A stretch of DNA of 40,163 nucleotides, taken from IMG/VR virus record IMGVR_UViG_3300045988_030546; one strand, 5' to 3'. The notes below the pieces were generated by a model. That model was given only the letters and a program-made list of their open reading frames with translations, did no database searches and was not told the DNA's origin. The DNA comes from a virus. Numbering within the stretch: the stretch's first letter is position 1; each line of letters starts with the position of its first letter. A program made the position numbers and the translations under genes. Below, in pieces: positions 15,850 through 25,274 of the stretch.

Positions 15850-16205
15850 TGCTGTTGGATGCGTTTGGTAAAAAGTGTGTGCTGATTGAAAAGAAACGCA
15901 CGGCCGACGGCGCTGGCGGCTATATCACGGAATGGGTTGACGGCGCCGAGTTTCTCAACTATCAGGCGCTTGATACATCCATGGAGGCCCGGAGGGCGGA
16001 ACAGGAGGGCGTGACCTCGGTGTATTCCGCGCTGGTCAACCGGAACGTGCCCATTGAGTACAACGATTATTTCCGGGATGGGGAAACGGGGCTGACCTAC
16101 CGGGTGACGTCAAACCCGGAGGAAAAGGCAGCTCCGAAATCTGCCGGACCGGAAATCCGAGCGCTTAAATTCTTCACTGCGGAGCGAAAGGAGCTGCCGA
16201 AATGA
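15849..16205 (+). CDS. Putative head closure / head-tail joining protein
   Basis: Coupled start (TAATG), 118 aa. Called from synteny. Confidence 0.5.
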   Translation: MLLDAFGKKCVLIEKKRTADGAGGYITEWVDGAEFLNYQALDTSMEARRAEQEGVTSVYSALVNRNVPIEYNDYFRDGETGLTYRVTSNPEEKAAPKSAGPEIRALKFFTAERKELPK

Positions 16206-16570
16206 CGAAGGATAAGGCGCTCCATGCGTGGTTTTCTCAATTCCTCCCGGCATTCCCAACATCCAATGTGCCGGAGGACGCGACGTTCCCGTGGCTGACC
16301 TATGAACTGATTACCGGGTCATGGGAGAGCGGGGGAATCGCTCTGACGGTAAACCTCTGGTATTACACGGAAAGCGAGGCAATTCCCAACGCCAAGGCAC
16401 AGGAAATCTCTGACACCATCGGCATGGGCGGCGCGTTCGTGCCCTATGACGGAGGCGCGATGTGGATCAAGCGCGGGTCCCCGTGGTGCCAGAACATCGC
16501 GGACGAGAGCGATAAGAACATCAAGCGGCGGTATCTCAACATCACGGTGGAATATCTGTCGCAAAACTGA
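16202..16570 (+). CDS. Putative neck / tail-completion protein
   Basis: Coupled start (ATGA), 122 aa, immediately before the major tail gene. Confidence 0.5.
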   Translation: MTKDKALHAWFSQFLPAFPTSNVPEDATFPWLTYELITGSWESGGIALTVNLWYYTESEAIPNAKAQEISDTIGMGGAFVPYDGGAMWIKRGSPWCQNIADESDKNIKRRYLNITVEYLSQN

Positions 16571-16585
16571 TGAAAGGACGAAGCT

Positions 16586-17170
16586 ATGAAATTCACAAAA
16601 ATTCCTTCCGACGCATTTCAGAAATTACAGATCAACGCCGGTATTCTGACCACCGATTTCACCCCGGCCACCGGAACCATCGGAGAGGCGGGACAGATCG
16701 GCGCGACTACCGGCGGTGTAAATTTTACCGCAACGCCCAGCTTCTCCGATTTTGGCGAAGACATTGACAACTGCCCCAAGAACATGAAAGAGCTGAAACG
16801 GCTGGATTCCTGGGAAGCGAAGATGGCGGGTACGTTCGTCAACGCAGACACCAAGATTGCAAAGAGCCTTTGCGGTGCTGCCGATGTGAGTACCAGCGAT
16901 GGGAAGGTCACGCCTCGGAACGATCTGTCGGACGCTGACTTTGCCGACATCTGGCTGGTGGGCGACTATTCCGACAAGAACGGCGAGAAAAACGGCGGCT
17001 TCATCGCCATCCACATGATGAACGCACTGTCTACCGGCGGCTTCCAGCTGAAGACCAGCGACAAGGCAAAGGGCCAGTTTGCATTTGAGTATACCGCCCA
17101 CTACTCCATGGCAGCACAGAACACGGTCCCCTTTGAGATCTACATTAAGGCCGGTACGGCGGAGGGCTGA
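16586..17170 (+). CDS. Major tail protein
   Basis: 194 aa, positioned upstream of the chaperone pair and tape measure. Thr/Gly/Asp-rich, beta-type composition. Confidence 0.75.
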   Translation: MKFTKIPSDAFQKLQINAGILTTDFTPATGTIGEAGQIGATTGGVNFTATPSFSDFGEDIDNCPKNMKELKRLDSWEAKMAGTFVNADTKIAKSLCGAADVSTSDGKVTPRNDLSDADFADIWLVGDYSDKNGEKNGGFIAIHMMNALSTGGFQLKTSDKAKGQFAFEYTAHYSMAAQNTVPFEIYIKAGTAEG

Positions 17171-17171
17171 T

Positions 17172-17567
17172 ATGAAACTTTCCGATATTCACGGCGAGCG
17201 GGTGTTTGATGTTATCGCAGACATCATTGAACCCATTGCCAACATCGCAGAGGACGAGAAGGCTTCCGCCATGTTCCGGCGGGAAAAGCTGCCGGAGGGC
17301 ATGACGGCAAAGCAGTTTGCTACGCAGAGGGCGCGAAAAGCGCTCCCTGCGCTGCTCAAGGGTCACAAAGGCGACATCATCGCGATCCTTGCCGCCATTG
17401 AGGGCGTGAGTGCTGAGAGCTACAAGGGCGCTCTAAACCTTGTCAAGCTGATGCGAGACGCAACGGAACTTTTGACCGATGATGCGTTTACCGCGCTTTT
17501 TATCTCAGCGCAGAGCGGGAAATCCTCTGGCTCTGCGCAGGAGAATACCAAGGGCAAAGGAGAATAA
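17172..17567 (+). CDS. Tail assembly chaperone (gpG-like)
   Basis: Internal ATG (MKLSDIHGERVFD...), acidic, 131 aa, between the major tail and tape measure genes. Confidence 0.65.
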   Translation: MKLSDIHGERVFDVIADIIEPIANIAEDEKASAMFRREKLPEGMTAKQFATQRARKALPALLKGHKGDIIAILAAIEGVSAESYKGALNLVKLMRDATELLTDDAFTALFISAQSGKSSGSAQENTKGKGE

Positions 17568-17587
17568 AGCCGTTCCTGCGATACTGC

Positions 17588-17815
17588 GTGGCGCGGCTCA
17601 ATGTGAAAGCGAAAACCGAGGCGTATCGCATCTATGTGACCGACGCGCTACGCATTGTGGCCGAAAACACGGCGCGCTACGCGGGCGGGAACTACATCAA
17701 GGCGCGATACGCGGACATTATTGAGCCAAAAAAGCAGGACAACCGGACGTGCGAAGAGATTACCGCCGATATTATCGCGCGGTGCGGATTGGTGGTGAAA
17801 CATGAATCTACTTGA
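17588..17815 (+). CDS. Tail chaperone -1 frame extension (gpT-like) or independent small protein
   Basis: The -1 frame is open from 17483, overlaps the last 85 nt or so of the chaperone gene, and runs into the tape measure start. No canonical XXXYYYZ heptamer was identified. Confidence 0.45.
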   Translation: MARLNVKAKTEAYRIYVTDALRIVAENTARYAGGNYIKARYADIIEPKKQDNRTCEEITADIIARCGLVVKHEST

Positions 17816-19337
17816 TTTATTTGTCAAAATCAGCGTAGACGACGGAGACGTAGACAAGGGCTTTTCGGAGACAAGCAGCAAAGCGGAAACGCTTGCAGGG
17901 AAACTGAAAGGCGGGCTTGCTACGGCGGCAAAGGTCGGCGGCGCTGCGATTGCGGCGGCTGGCGCGGCTGCGATTGCCATTACAAAACAGGCCGTAGAAA
18001 ATTACGGCGAATACGAGCAGCTGGTTGGCGGCGTAGAAACGCTTTTCAAGTCCTCTGCCGATACCGTGATGCAGTACGCCGAGAACGCATACAAGACGGC
18101 GGGCATGAGCGCTAACGAGTACATGACTACGGTGACGGCGTTTTCCGCGTCGCTGCTGCAATCGATGGGCGGCGACACGGACGCGGCAGCGGAAAAGGCG
18201 AATCTGGCCATTACCGACATGTCGGACAACGCAAATAAGATGGGTTCGAGCATGGAATCTATCCAGAACGCCTATCAGGGCTTCGCCAAGCAGAACTACA
18301 CCATGCTTGATAACCTGAAGCTGGGCTATGGCGGCACAAAAGAAGAAATGCAGCGGTTGATCGACGATGCCAACGCCTTAAATGCCGCCCAGGGGAACTA
18401 CACCAATTACACCATTGACAGCTATGCGGACATCGTTGACGCTATCCATACCGTGCAAACGGAAATGGGCATCACGGGCACAACACAGCTGGAAGCCAGC
18501 ACGACGATCCAAGGCTCTATCGCGTCGATGAAAGCGGCGTATGACAACTTTATCACGGGGCTTGGCGATAAAAACGCCGACATGGCGGAACTCATTACAA
18601 ACCTCTTGGGCAGCACCGTAACGGTGGCGGAAAATCTCTTGCCGGTCATTGAGAGGATCCTTGAAAACATCGGCGTTGTGGTGCAGGAAAAAGGCCCCGA
18701 AATGATTGAGAAATTCGTCGGTTATGCCGTCGAAAAACTGCCGCAGGTCATTGAGCTGGGCATGAAGATGGTGTTGGCGATCGTCAGCGGCCTTGCTAAT
18801 AATTTTCCGCAGATCGTTCGGTCGGTGCTTGACATGATGGCAACCATTGTAAAGGCCTTCGTTTCCTCGCTCCCTGACATCGTGGATGTGGGCAAGCAGA
18901 TCGTGAAGGGGCTGTGGGAAGGTATCAAGGCAATGGGCAGCTGGATCAAAGAAAAAGTTTCTGGCTTCTTTGGCGGCATTGTGGATAACGTCAAAGGCGT
19001 TCTTGGTATTCATTCCCCGTCCCGCGTATTCGCTGGGATCGGCGAAAACATGGCGCTGGGTCTTGGCGAGGGATGGGATGACGAGTACGGCAATATCAAG
19101 CGAGGCATTACCTCTGGGCTGGACTTCGGTACGGCGTCGGTAGGCTTTGCGGATTCCGGCATCGGCATTTCCAGCGCGGCTATTGTGAATGGGCTGGGCG
19201 AAGGGAAGCAATCCGGCGGATCATTTACGTTTAACCTGATGTTCCCTGACATGACCAAATTTGCATCCTATGTGTTTGACCCGCTGACCGGCTATGCGCA
19301 GGCAAACGGTACGCCAATCCTGAACCCCATTGCATGA
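17802..19337 (+). CDS. Tail tape measure protein
   Basis: 511 aa, Ala/Gly-rich and helical, with ...AGMSANEYMTTVTAFSASL... and ...GIHSPSRVF... motifs typical of tape measure proteins. Confidence 0.9.
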   Translation: MNLLDLFVKISVDDGDVDKGFSETSSKAETLAGKLKGGLATAAKVGGAAIAAAGAAAIAITKQAVENYGEYEQLVGGVETLFKSSADTVMQYAENAYKTAGMSANEYMTTVTAFSASLLQSMGGDTDAAAEKANLAITDMSDNANKMGSSMESIQNAYQGFAKQNYTMLDNLKLGYGGTKEEMQRLIDDANALNAAQGNYTNYTIDSYADIVDAIHTVQTEMGITGTTQLEASTTIQGSIASMKAAYDNFITGLGDKNADMAELITNLLGSTVTVAENLLPVIERILENIGVVVQEKGPEMIEKFVGYAVEKLPQVIELGMKMVLAIVSGLANNFPQIVRSVLDMMATIVKAFVSSLPDIVDVGKQIVKGLWEGIKAMGSWIKEKVSGFFGGIVDNVKGVLGIHSPSRVFAGIGENMALGLGEGWDDEYGNIKRGITSGLDFGTASVGFADSGIGISSAAIVNGLGEGKQSGGSFTFNLMFPDMTKFASYVFDPLTGYAQANGTPILNPIA

Positions 19338-19345
19338 GGTGAAAC

Positions 19346-19765
19346 ATGACGGAATTGATTTTAGACACCAACGGCATGGCGGTGGCGCTGCCGGAGAGCC
19401 GGGATGGCGGATACAATGTGCAAAATATCCCCCTGTCGGTTGATGTACAGATGATCTCGGGACGAACGGCACGGGAGCTGCGGGGAAATGTGTGGCAGGT
19501 ATCCTATCAATACGGATATTTTGACGGGGAAATGAAAAACAAGGTGATCGCGGCCTGCGAGAAGGGAACACGGGAACCAATTATCTGCGGTTTTTTGCCA
19601 CAGGAATCCGATGGGGCGCTGAAATACTCCACTTTTCTCGTAACGTCTTTTACCCGGCCTAAATTTATGTGGTCGCGGCGAAGCGGACGTGGAGAGGAAA
19701 CCAAGGAGACCCCGTTGTGGGCAGACTTTACCGTGGAATTGCGGGAGGTGACACCGCATGATTAA
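19346..19765 (+). CDS. Putative tail component (distal-tail-protein position)
   Basis: 139 aa, directly after the tape measure gene. Smaller than typical Dit proteins. Confidence 0.45.
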   Translation: MTELILDTNGMAVALPESRDGGYNVQNIPLSVDVQMISGRTARELRGNVWQVSYQYGYFDGEMKNKVIAACEKGTREPIICGFLPQESDGALKYSTFLVTSFTRPKFMWSRRSGRGEETKETPLWADFTVELREVTPHD

Positions 19766-21881
19766 GAGCGGGCAGGCGTATCATGCAGCGATCACAGGAG
19801 ACGCGCGGCGGGTGCTGCTGCGGGCGGTCATTGACATCATTTCCCCGGACATCGTGTTCGGTGCCGGGGAGACCTCCGGGCAGATTCCGTGGAGCAATCT
19901 GGAGCAGATCCACGATAAGGTTTTTGGAAATCCCACCAAGTACGCAACATTAGAGCGTGACCGGTGGGCGCTGGACGGGACGTGGGACCTTCTCCCGGAC
20001 GATCCCACTCAGACGGTGTGCCAGATGGGCTACATCGGCAACGTGCTGTCCGGCGAGGACGGGACGTTTGCAACGCCTCCGTGGGTGGAGCTGCGGTTTT
20101 CCGGGGTTTCCGTGCTTCAGGCGTGCTCCGTTTACTTCCCCGGAAACGCCTACGACGGCGTGCCGGAGGATTTCACGGTGGAGGTCAAGCAGGGCGGTAC
20201 GGCGTACCACACGCGGACGTACACTGGCAACACGGCATCCTCCGTATCGCTGGAGGGCTTCACGGTCAACAACCCCGACGCCATCCGGGTGACGGTGGCC
20301 AAGTGGTCGCGGCCCAGCAGACGGATGCGGGTGGTGGAGATCGTGCCGGGGGTGTATGAGACGTGGGACGGCGGGATGATCGCGGAGTTCAGCGTTAAGC
20401 AGCAGGGCAATGTGGCGGCGACGGCGCTGCCGTATGGCACGTGCACCCTCAAGATCGACAACCTGTCCCGGCGGTTTGAACCGCGCAGCAAAAACGGCAT
20501 TTTCCAATCCATCGAGGAGCGGCAGGGCATCGACGTCTCTCTGGGCGTCCGTCTGGCGGACGGCACGGACGAGTACAAGCGGCTGGGGATCTTCTACCAG
20601 TTCTCCGGCGGCTGGCGGACCGGCGACAACGGCCTGACCATGCAGTGGAATCTGGCGGACATCATCGGCCTGCTGGCAAACCGGGAATTTCTGGCACCCT
20701 CCACGCTCCCCACCACGTTGGGCGGGTGGATCGGCGCTCTGGCGGCTCAGCTGGGCGTGAATTTCAAGGATCGCTGGCACGTGGACCCGGATTACACGGC
20801 CCTGCCGGTGACGGTGCGGACGGCAGAGGATGTGCAGGGAAAGAAGTGCGGGGACATCCTCCGTTGGGTGTGTCAGGCAACCGGCACATGGCCCCGGGCG
20901 GATGCCTCCACCGGAGAGCTGACCGCCGAGCCGCTGTGGAGCGAGGGAAACCGGGTGACGCTGGACAACCTCAACAGCTACCCCACCATGAAGGCCAACG
21001 GGGACGTGGCGGCGCTAATCTTCACCCTCAACGATGGAGCGGATACGAAATACATCGTATCCGGAAACGCCACATCGTCCAGCGAGACGGTGAGCATCGA
21101 CAATCCGTTCATTAAGACGGAGGTGCAGGCGCTGGCGGCGGCGCGGCTGATCCTCTCCACCTACGGCGGCAACGTGCTGGATCTGACGGGCCGGGGCGAT
21201 CCGTCCTCCGAGATCGGGGACGTGGAGACGGTGTGGCTGGACGAGAGTCAGGCCACCACGGCCCGGCTGACCATGCAGACGTTCCAGTTTTCGGGCGGTG
21301 TCATGCAGGGTTGCCAGAGCCAGTTGCTACAGGCGGACGGCAGCTTCCTGTATCAGGGGCGCGAGGTCATCACTTCCCCCGGCACATGGAAGGCCCCGGC
21401 GGGGAAGAAATCTCTGCGGGTCATCCTTGTGGGCAAAGGCGGCGATGGCACTCGTGGACAGGATGGCACATGGGACGCTGCCGGTGCGGACGGCGTGGAC
21501 GGTTTGGGCGGTCTGGTATGGGCCGGGACCATCAACATCAACGATGGGCAAGAGTTTCCAGTGGCCTTTGGCGAAAACACAACCTTCGGGGCGTATTCCT
21601 CCGCCAACGGCAAGCGCTATGAAAACGGCTATACGGACGTGGCCAGCGGCGACAGCTTCGCCCGGACGGGCGTGGCGAAGCCCAGGGCGGGAACCGGAGA
21701 CGGCGGGGCCAAAGGAACCGGCGGCACGCAGGGGCGACGGCACAGAGAAACGAGCTACGATTTAGACGGAAACCCATCTGGAAGCTATTGGGAGATTGAC
21801 GCCTACCCCGGAATCGGTACGAATGGAAAATCCGGTGTATTGGGCTGCGTGGTGGTCTACTGGGACAAGGAGGACACATGA
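19758..21881 (+). CDS. Tail tip / baseplate protein with C-terminal glycine-rich domain
   Basis: 707 aa at the Tal position. The C-terminus ...TSPGTWKAPAGKKSLRVILVGKGGDGTRGQDG...GADGVDGLGG... matches the glycine-rich-domain pattern of phage tail proteins. Confidence 0.7.
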   Translation: MIKSGQAYHAAITGDARRVLLRAVIDIISPDIVFGAGETSGQIPWSNLEQIHDKVFGNPTKYATLERDRWALDGTWDLLPDDPTQTVCQMGYIGNVLSGEDGTFATPPWVELRFSGVSVLQACSVYFPGNAYDGVPEDFTVEVKQGGTAYHTRTYTGNTASSVSLEGFTVNNPDAIRVTVAKWSRPSRRMRVVEIVPGVYETWDGGMIAEFSVKQQGNVAATALPYGTCTLKIDNLSRRFEPRSKNGIFQSIEERQGIDVSLGVRLADGTDEYKRLGIFYQFSGGWRTGDNGLTMQWNLADIIGLLANREFLAPSTLPTTLGGWIGALAAQLGVNFKDRWHVDPDYTALPVTVRTAEDVQGKKCGDILRWVCQATGTWPRADASTGELTAEPLWSEGNRVTLDNLNSYPTMKANGDVAALIFTLNDGADTKYIVSGNATSSSETVSIDNPFIKTEVQALAAARLILSTYGGNVLDLTGRGDPSSEIGDVETVWLDESQATTARLTMQTFQFSGGVMQGCQSQLLQADGSFLYQGREVITSPGTWKAPAGKKSLRVILVGKGGDGTRGQDGTWDAAGADGVDGLGGLVWAGTININDGQEFPVAFGENTTFGAYSSANGKRYENGYTDVASGDSFARTGVAKPRAGTGDGGAKGTGGTQGRRHRETSYDLDGNPSGSYWEIDAYPGIGTNGKSGVLGCVVVYWDKEDT

Positions 21882-22045
21882 GTGATTACACAATGCTCCT
21901 CCCTAAGATCGCATCAGTGAACTTTACGCCAAATCCTGTTGACATCAACGCAAAAACAAAGCTGACAGTAACGGTTACAGAGGAAACCATTGTTTTAGAG
22001 CCGGAGATCTGGTATTCCGGCGAGATCTACGCCGGGGAGGTTTAA
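21878..22045 (+). CDS. Hypothetical small protein (55 aa) with an Ig-like strand motif
   Basis: ATGA-coupled. ...SVNFTPNPVDINAKTKLTVTVTEE echoes the C-terminus of the next protein (SATITPNPVDAGKSMVITVEIV). Confidence 0.4.
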   Translation: MSDYTMLLPKIASVNFTPNPVDINAKTKLTVTVTEETIVLEPEIWYSGEIYAGEV

Positions 22046-22046
22046 C

Positions 22047-22949
22047 ATGGCGATCAAAACAGTACAGGCAATTATCAACGGCCAAGCGTACACCCTGACC
22101 CTCAACAGCGGGACGGGGAAGTACGAGGCCACCATCACAGCGCCGGGGAAAACGTCCTTCAACCAGCCCGGCGGCTACTACAACGTACAGGTCAAGGCCA
22201 CCAATGAGGCCGGGACAGTCGGCACGGCGGACGCCTCCACTATGGCGGGGCTGAAGCTGGTGGTGCGCGAGCGGGTGGCTCCTGTTATTACCATCATCTC
22301 GCCGTCCACCGGCGCATACGTCAGCAACAGCAAGCAGCCGGTAGTCTTTACCGTTGTGGACGAGGCGGACGGCTCCGGGGTAGATCTGTCCACGCTGGTG
22401 GTCAAACAGGACGGCGCGGCGGTGGCGTCCTCTGCCATCACCTCCACGGCCATTGCAAACGGCTATCAGGTGACGTACGCCCCGGCCACGGCTCTCACGG
22501 ACGGCAGTCACACCGTCACGGTGGACTGCCGTGACCATGACGGCAACGCGGCGGCGCAGAAGACCACCACCTTCAAGGTGGACACCGTACCGCCCACGCT
22601 GAACATTACGGCTCCCGTGGCGGGCCTCATCACGGCATCCCCGGCCCAGACGGTGGCGGGCACCACCAACGATGCCACCAGCAGCCCCGTGACCATCAGC
22701 ATCACCCTCAACGGCGTGGATCAGGGCGCGGTGACGGTGGCCTCCAACGGCAGCTTTACCAAGTCCGTGACGCTGCGGGAGGGCAGCAACACCATTGTGG
22801 TGACGGCCAAGGACGCGGCGGGCCAAAAGACCACAGTCTCCCGGACGGTAACGCTGGACACCTCCGTGCCGGTCATCAAGTCGGCCACCATCACGCCCAA
22901 CCCGGTTGACGCGGGTAAGTCGATGGTGATCACGGTGGAAATCGTATGA
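22047..22949 (+). CDS. Ig-like (Big-type) domain repeat structural protein
   Basis: Repeated beta-sandwich-type segments of about 90 aa (..PVITIISP..., ..PPTLNITAP..., ..VPVIKSATITPNPVD..). Confidence 0.7.
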   Translation: MAIKTVQAIINGQAYTLTLNSGTGKYEATITAPGKTSFNQPGGYYNVQVKATNEAGTVGTADASTMAGLKLVVRERVAPVITIISPSTGAYVSNSKQPVVFTVVDEADGSGVDLSTLVVKQDGAAVASSAITSTAIANGYQVTYAPATALTDGSHTVTVDCRDHDGNAAAQKTTTFKVDTVPPTLNITAPVAGLITASPAQTVAGTTNDATSSPVTISITLNGVDQGAVTVASNGSFTKSVTLREGSNTIVVTAKDAAGQKTTVSRTVTLDTSVPVIKSATITPNPVDAGKSMVITVEIV

Positions 22950-23560
22950 GTACGCAGGGTTTAAGCGTCATGCTGCCCTCTGAGATCATCTATGTGACGG
23001 GCACCGTCAACGGGACGGCTTACACATGGACGCTGATCGAGGGGGCGTGGACGGCTACGGTGGACCGGGCAGCGGATGATACCTATCACGTCGCCCTCAC
23101 CGCCGTCAACGCGGCGGGGACAAGTACCAACTTTGAGCTGACGCTCTACTACGGGCTGCTGACTCTCGTTACAGACCGGACGGCGATGGACGTGGCGCAG
23201 AAGACCGCGAAGGGCTTTTACAACGCCACGGACCTCAACCGGGTAGGTGCGGCGGTTGAGTATGTAGCGGGACGGTTCCAGGCGCTGGGCTATGATTGCC
23301 CCGTGTCGGTAAAAAAGGACTGGTCCGAATCGGACACGCCGACAATGGGGCAGATGGAGACTTACCGGCTTAATATAGCGCATTTACGGGCAGTCATCTC
23401 CGTGATGGCGTCCACGCCGGAGACGCCAGAAACCATGCGGTTTTTGGATTACATCAAGGCGAATGACATCGAGCGCATCCTGCTTGACCTCGACAAGCTG
23501 CTCGACAAGCTGACAAAATCGTGGTACTTCTCCGGCGACCTTTATGCCGGAGAGACTTGA
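22946..23560 (+). CDS. Hypothetical tail-associated structural protein
   Basis: Coupled start, 204 aa, between the Ig-like protein and the fibre gene. Confidence 0.55.
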   Translation: MSTQGLSVMLPSEIIYVTGTVNGTAYTWTLIEGAWTATVDRAADDTYHVALTAVNAAGTSTNFELTLYYGLLTLVTDRTAMDVAQKTAKGFYNATDLNRVGAAVEYVAGRFQALGYDCPVSVKKDWSESDTPTMGQMETYRLNIAHLRAVISVMASTPETPETMRFLDYIKANDIERILLDLDKLLDKLTKSWYFSGDLYAGET

Positions 23561-23571
23561 AAGGAGACTCT

Positions 23572-24516
23572 ATGCAAGACAGAGTACCTCTTTACCCTGG
23601 ACGGGTTAAGCTGACCCCGGTATCTGGGCAGGAAAACACTTATGACATGACACGAGCCGATAGCCCCACCCAAGAGGGCACCCCGCTGAATAAGGCAAGC
23701 CTGCTCACGGATGCCACAGCGGCAATGCTTGCTTTGGGAGCAGATGCGGTTCCGGATGATGCCTTCAAAATACTGTCTCGATTGCACACGCATCTGGGCG
23801 ATGATTATTTATGGCGAAAGCAATCAATTTCAGGAGAAATCAAGGAAGCCACTGAAGATGTCTCGTTAGGAAGAATGGAAGATGATGCTACATATTATTA
23901 TTACGATTCAGTACAGCTTGATTTGGCCAACAAAAAGATTGTGGGGGTTGGAGAGCACATAATTAAAAATCAGTCCAATGGATCCAGCGAATGGAACAAG
24001 ATTATCGGAAAATACATACTTTATCCATACGCTAAAGGTTCTTGGCCTCCTGACACGTTTTATAGGGTTACTGCTAGAACCTACTCTCATGATGCTATTT
24101 TTACAGCCTATGCCGAATACGCGGAGTTCACTTCAGGCCCTGCACAATATCTCAATTCTCCGAATGCTGATGCGCATCCTAGCGGCGTTGTAGGTGACGT
24201 TCAGTATGATGCACTAGGAAAGATAGGCAACAAGTTGCAAATGCAGACTGGACACTACGTAGGCTCTGGCGTATACGGTTCGGATAATAAAAACAGTTTA
24301 ACATTTAATTTTGTTCCCAAAATCGTCATTGTGATGAAACAAACACTTACAGATTTAGGGGTTGAATCTACCTTTATATACATTGGCCAGCCGGGTTCTG
24401 AAAGTAACAAGCTATTTATGTTACATGACAAAACACTATCCTGGTATAATACGGATTCGGCAGCAGCGCAGTGCAATAGTTCTAGTGGTGTTTATTACTA
24501 TATTGCGCTTGGATAA
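23572..24516 (+). CDS. Tail fibre / receptor-binding protein candidate
   Basis: The N-terminus MQDRVPLYPGRVKLTPVSGQENTYDMTRADSPTQEGTPLNKASLL is a conserved fibre anchor in Clostridia phages. The distal two thirds is markedly AT-richer than the rest of the genome. Confidence 0.65.
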   Translation: MQDRVPLYPGRVKLTPVSGQENTYDMTRADSPTQEGTPLNKASLLTDATAAMLALGADAVPDDAFKILSRLHTHLGDDYLWRKQSISGEIKEATEDVSLGRMEDDATYYYYDSVQLDLANKKIVGVGEHIIKNQSNGSSEWNKIIGKYILYPYAKGSWPPDTFYRVTARTYSHDAIFTAYAEYAEFTSGPAQYLNSPNADAHPSGVVGDVQYDALGKIGNKLQMQTGHYVGSGVYGSDNKNSLTFNFVPKIVIVMKQTLTDLGVESTFIYIGQPGSESNKLFMLHDKTLSWYNTDSAAAQCNSSSGVYYYIALG

Positions 24517-24536
24517 AGAGAAAGGAGAAAAGTAAA

Positions 24537-24887
24537 ATGACCATCATTGAACTTACATCGTTGGGAAACGGAGCGCACCGCAATCAGACCATCAGTGGGG
24601 TGTTCCCCGTTCCGAACGGCTGGGCGGCGATCCCCGAAGATATGGAGATTCCGGAGACATTCCCCTTTGTGGGTGTGGAGGCAGCGAATGGAGTGGTGAC
24701 GGCGCTAACGCCCGGCACTGTGCCGGAGCCGCAGCCGGAACCGGAACCTATACCAACGGTGGATGCTCGGGTAGCAAAGCTGGAAAACGAGAACAGCAAA
24801 CTGAAAAGTCAACTCCAGATGCAGGCACAGCAGCAGGAATTTCTGGAAAACTGCTTGTTAGAGATGGGCAATGTTGTTTATGCGTGA
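24537..24887 (+). CDS. Hypothetical protein (Pro/Glu linker plus C-terminal coiled coil)
   Basis: GAAAGGAGAAAAG RBS. Contains ...PEPQPEPEPIP.... Confidence 0.55.
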   Translation: MTIIELTSLGNGAHRNQTISGVFPVPNGWAAIPEDMEIPETFPFVGVEAANGVVTALTPGTVPEPQPEPEPIPTVDARVAKLENENSKLKSQLQMQAQQQEFLENCLLEMGNVVYA

Positions 24888-24945
24888 GTTTTGGGCCGAT
24901 CTGGCCCTGAACCTATATTTTTACTTATCGAAAGGAGATCAAGAG

Positions 24946-25137
24946 ATGATGGCTATGTTGTATGCGAGCAAGATCTGTATGGAGGCGAAAAACCCCAAGA
25001 CGAAAAAGCCCTGGGAGTTTGCAGATGTGCCCCCTAAGCTGAAGCAGCAGGTGGCGGACATTCTCATCAACGAGTGCGGCCTGCCGGAGCTGGTGCCTGC
25101 CGAGTTTGGCGGTACAAAGGAAACGCCGGAGGGTTAA
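24946..25137 (+). CDS. Small conserved phage protein (XkdX/CD1375-like by eye)
   Basis: GAAAGGAGA RBS. MMAMLYASKICMEAKNPKTKKPWEFADVPPKLKQQVADIL... resembles small proteins found between fibre and lysis genes. Confidence 0.5.
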   Translation: MMAMLYASKICMEAKNPKTKKPWEFADVPPKLKQQVADILINECGLPELVPAEFGGTKETPEG

Positions 25138-25274
25138 TCCTCCGGCAGGTCCCACAATGCTTCCGACGCTTTTTGCTGCTGGGCGATCTTATGCTTGAGG
25201 GCGTCCAACTCGTCCAAAATTTCTACGGTCATGTAGTAAAGTTCCTCGTAGGCCTGTTTTTGCGCTGCGGTCAT
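25134..25274 (-). CDS. Reverse-oriented small protein (46 aa) embedded in the late region
   Basis: On the minus strand, AAAGGAGGTGG lies 6 nt before the ATG. Translates to MTAAQKQAYEELYYMTVEILDELDALKHKIAQQQKASEALWDLPED. The stop overlaps the stop of the convergent + gene. A TGcTATACT extended -10 lies upstream. Confidence 0.55.
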   Translation of the reverse strand: MTAAQKQAYEELYYMTVEILDELDALKHKIAQQQKASEALWDLPED

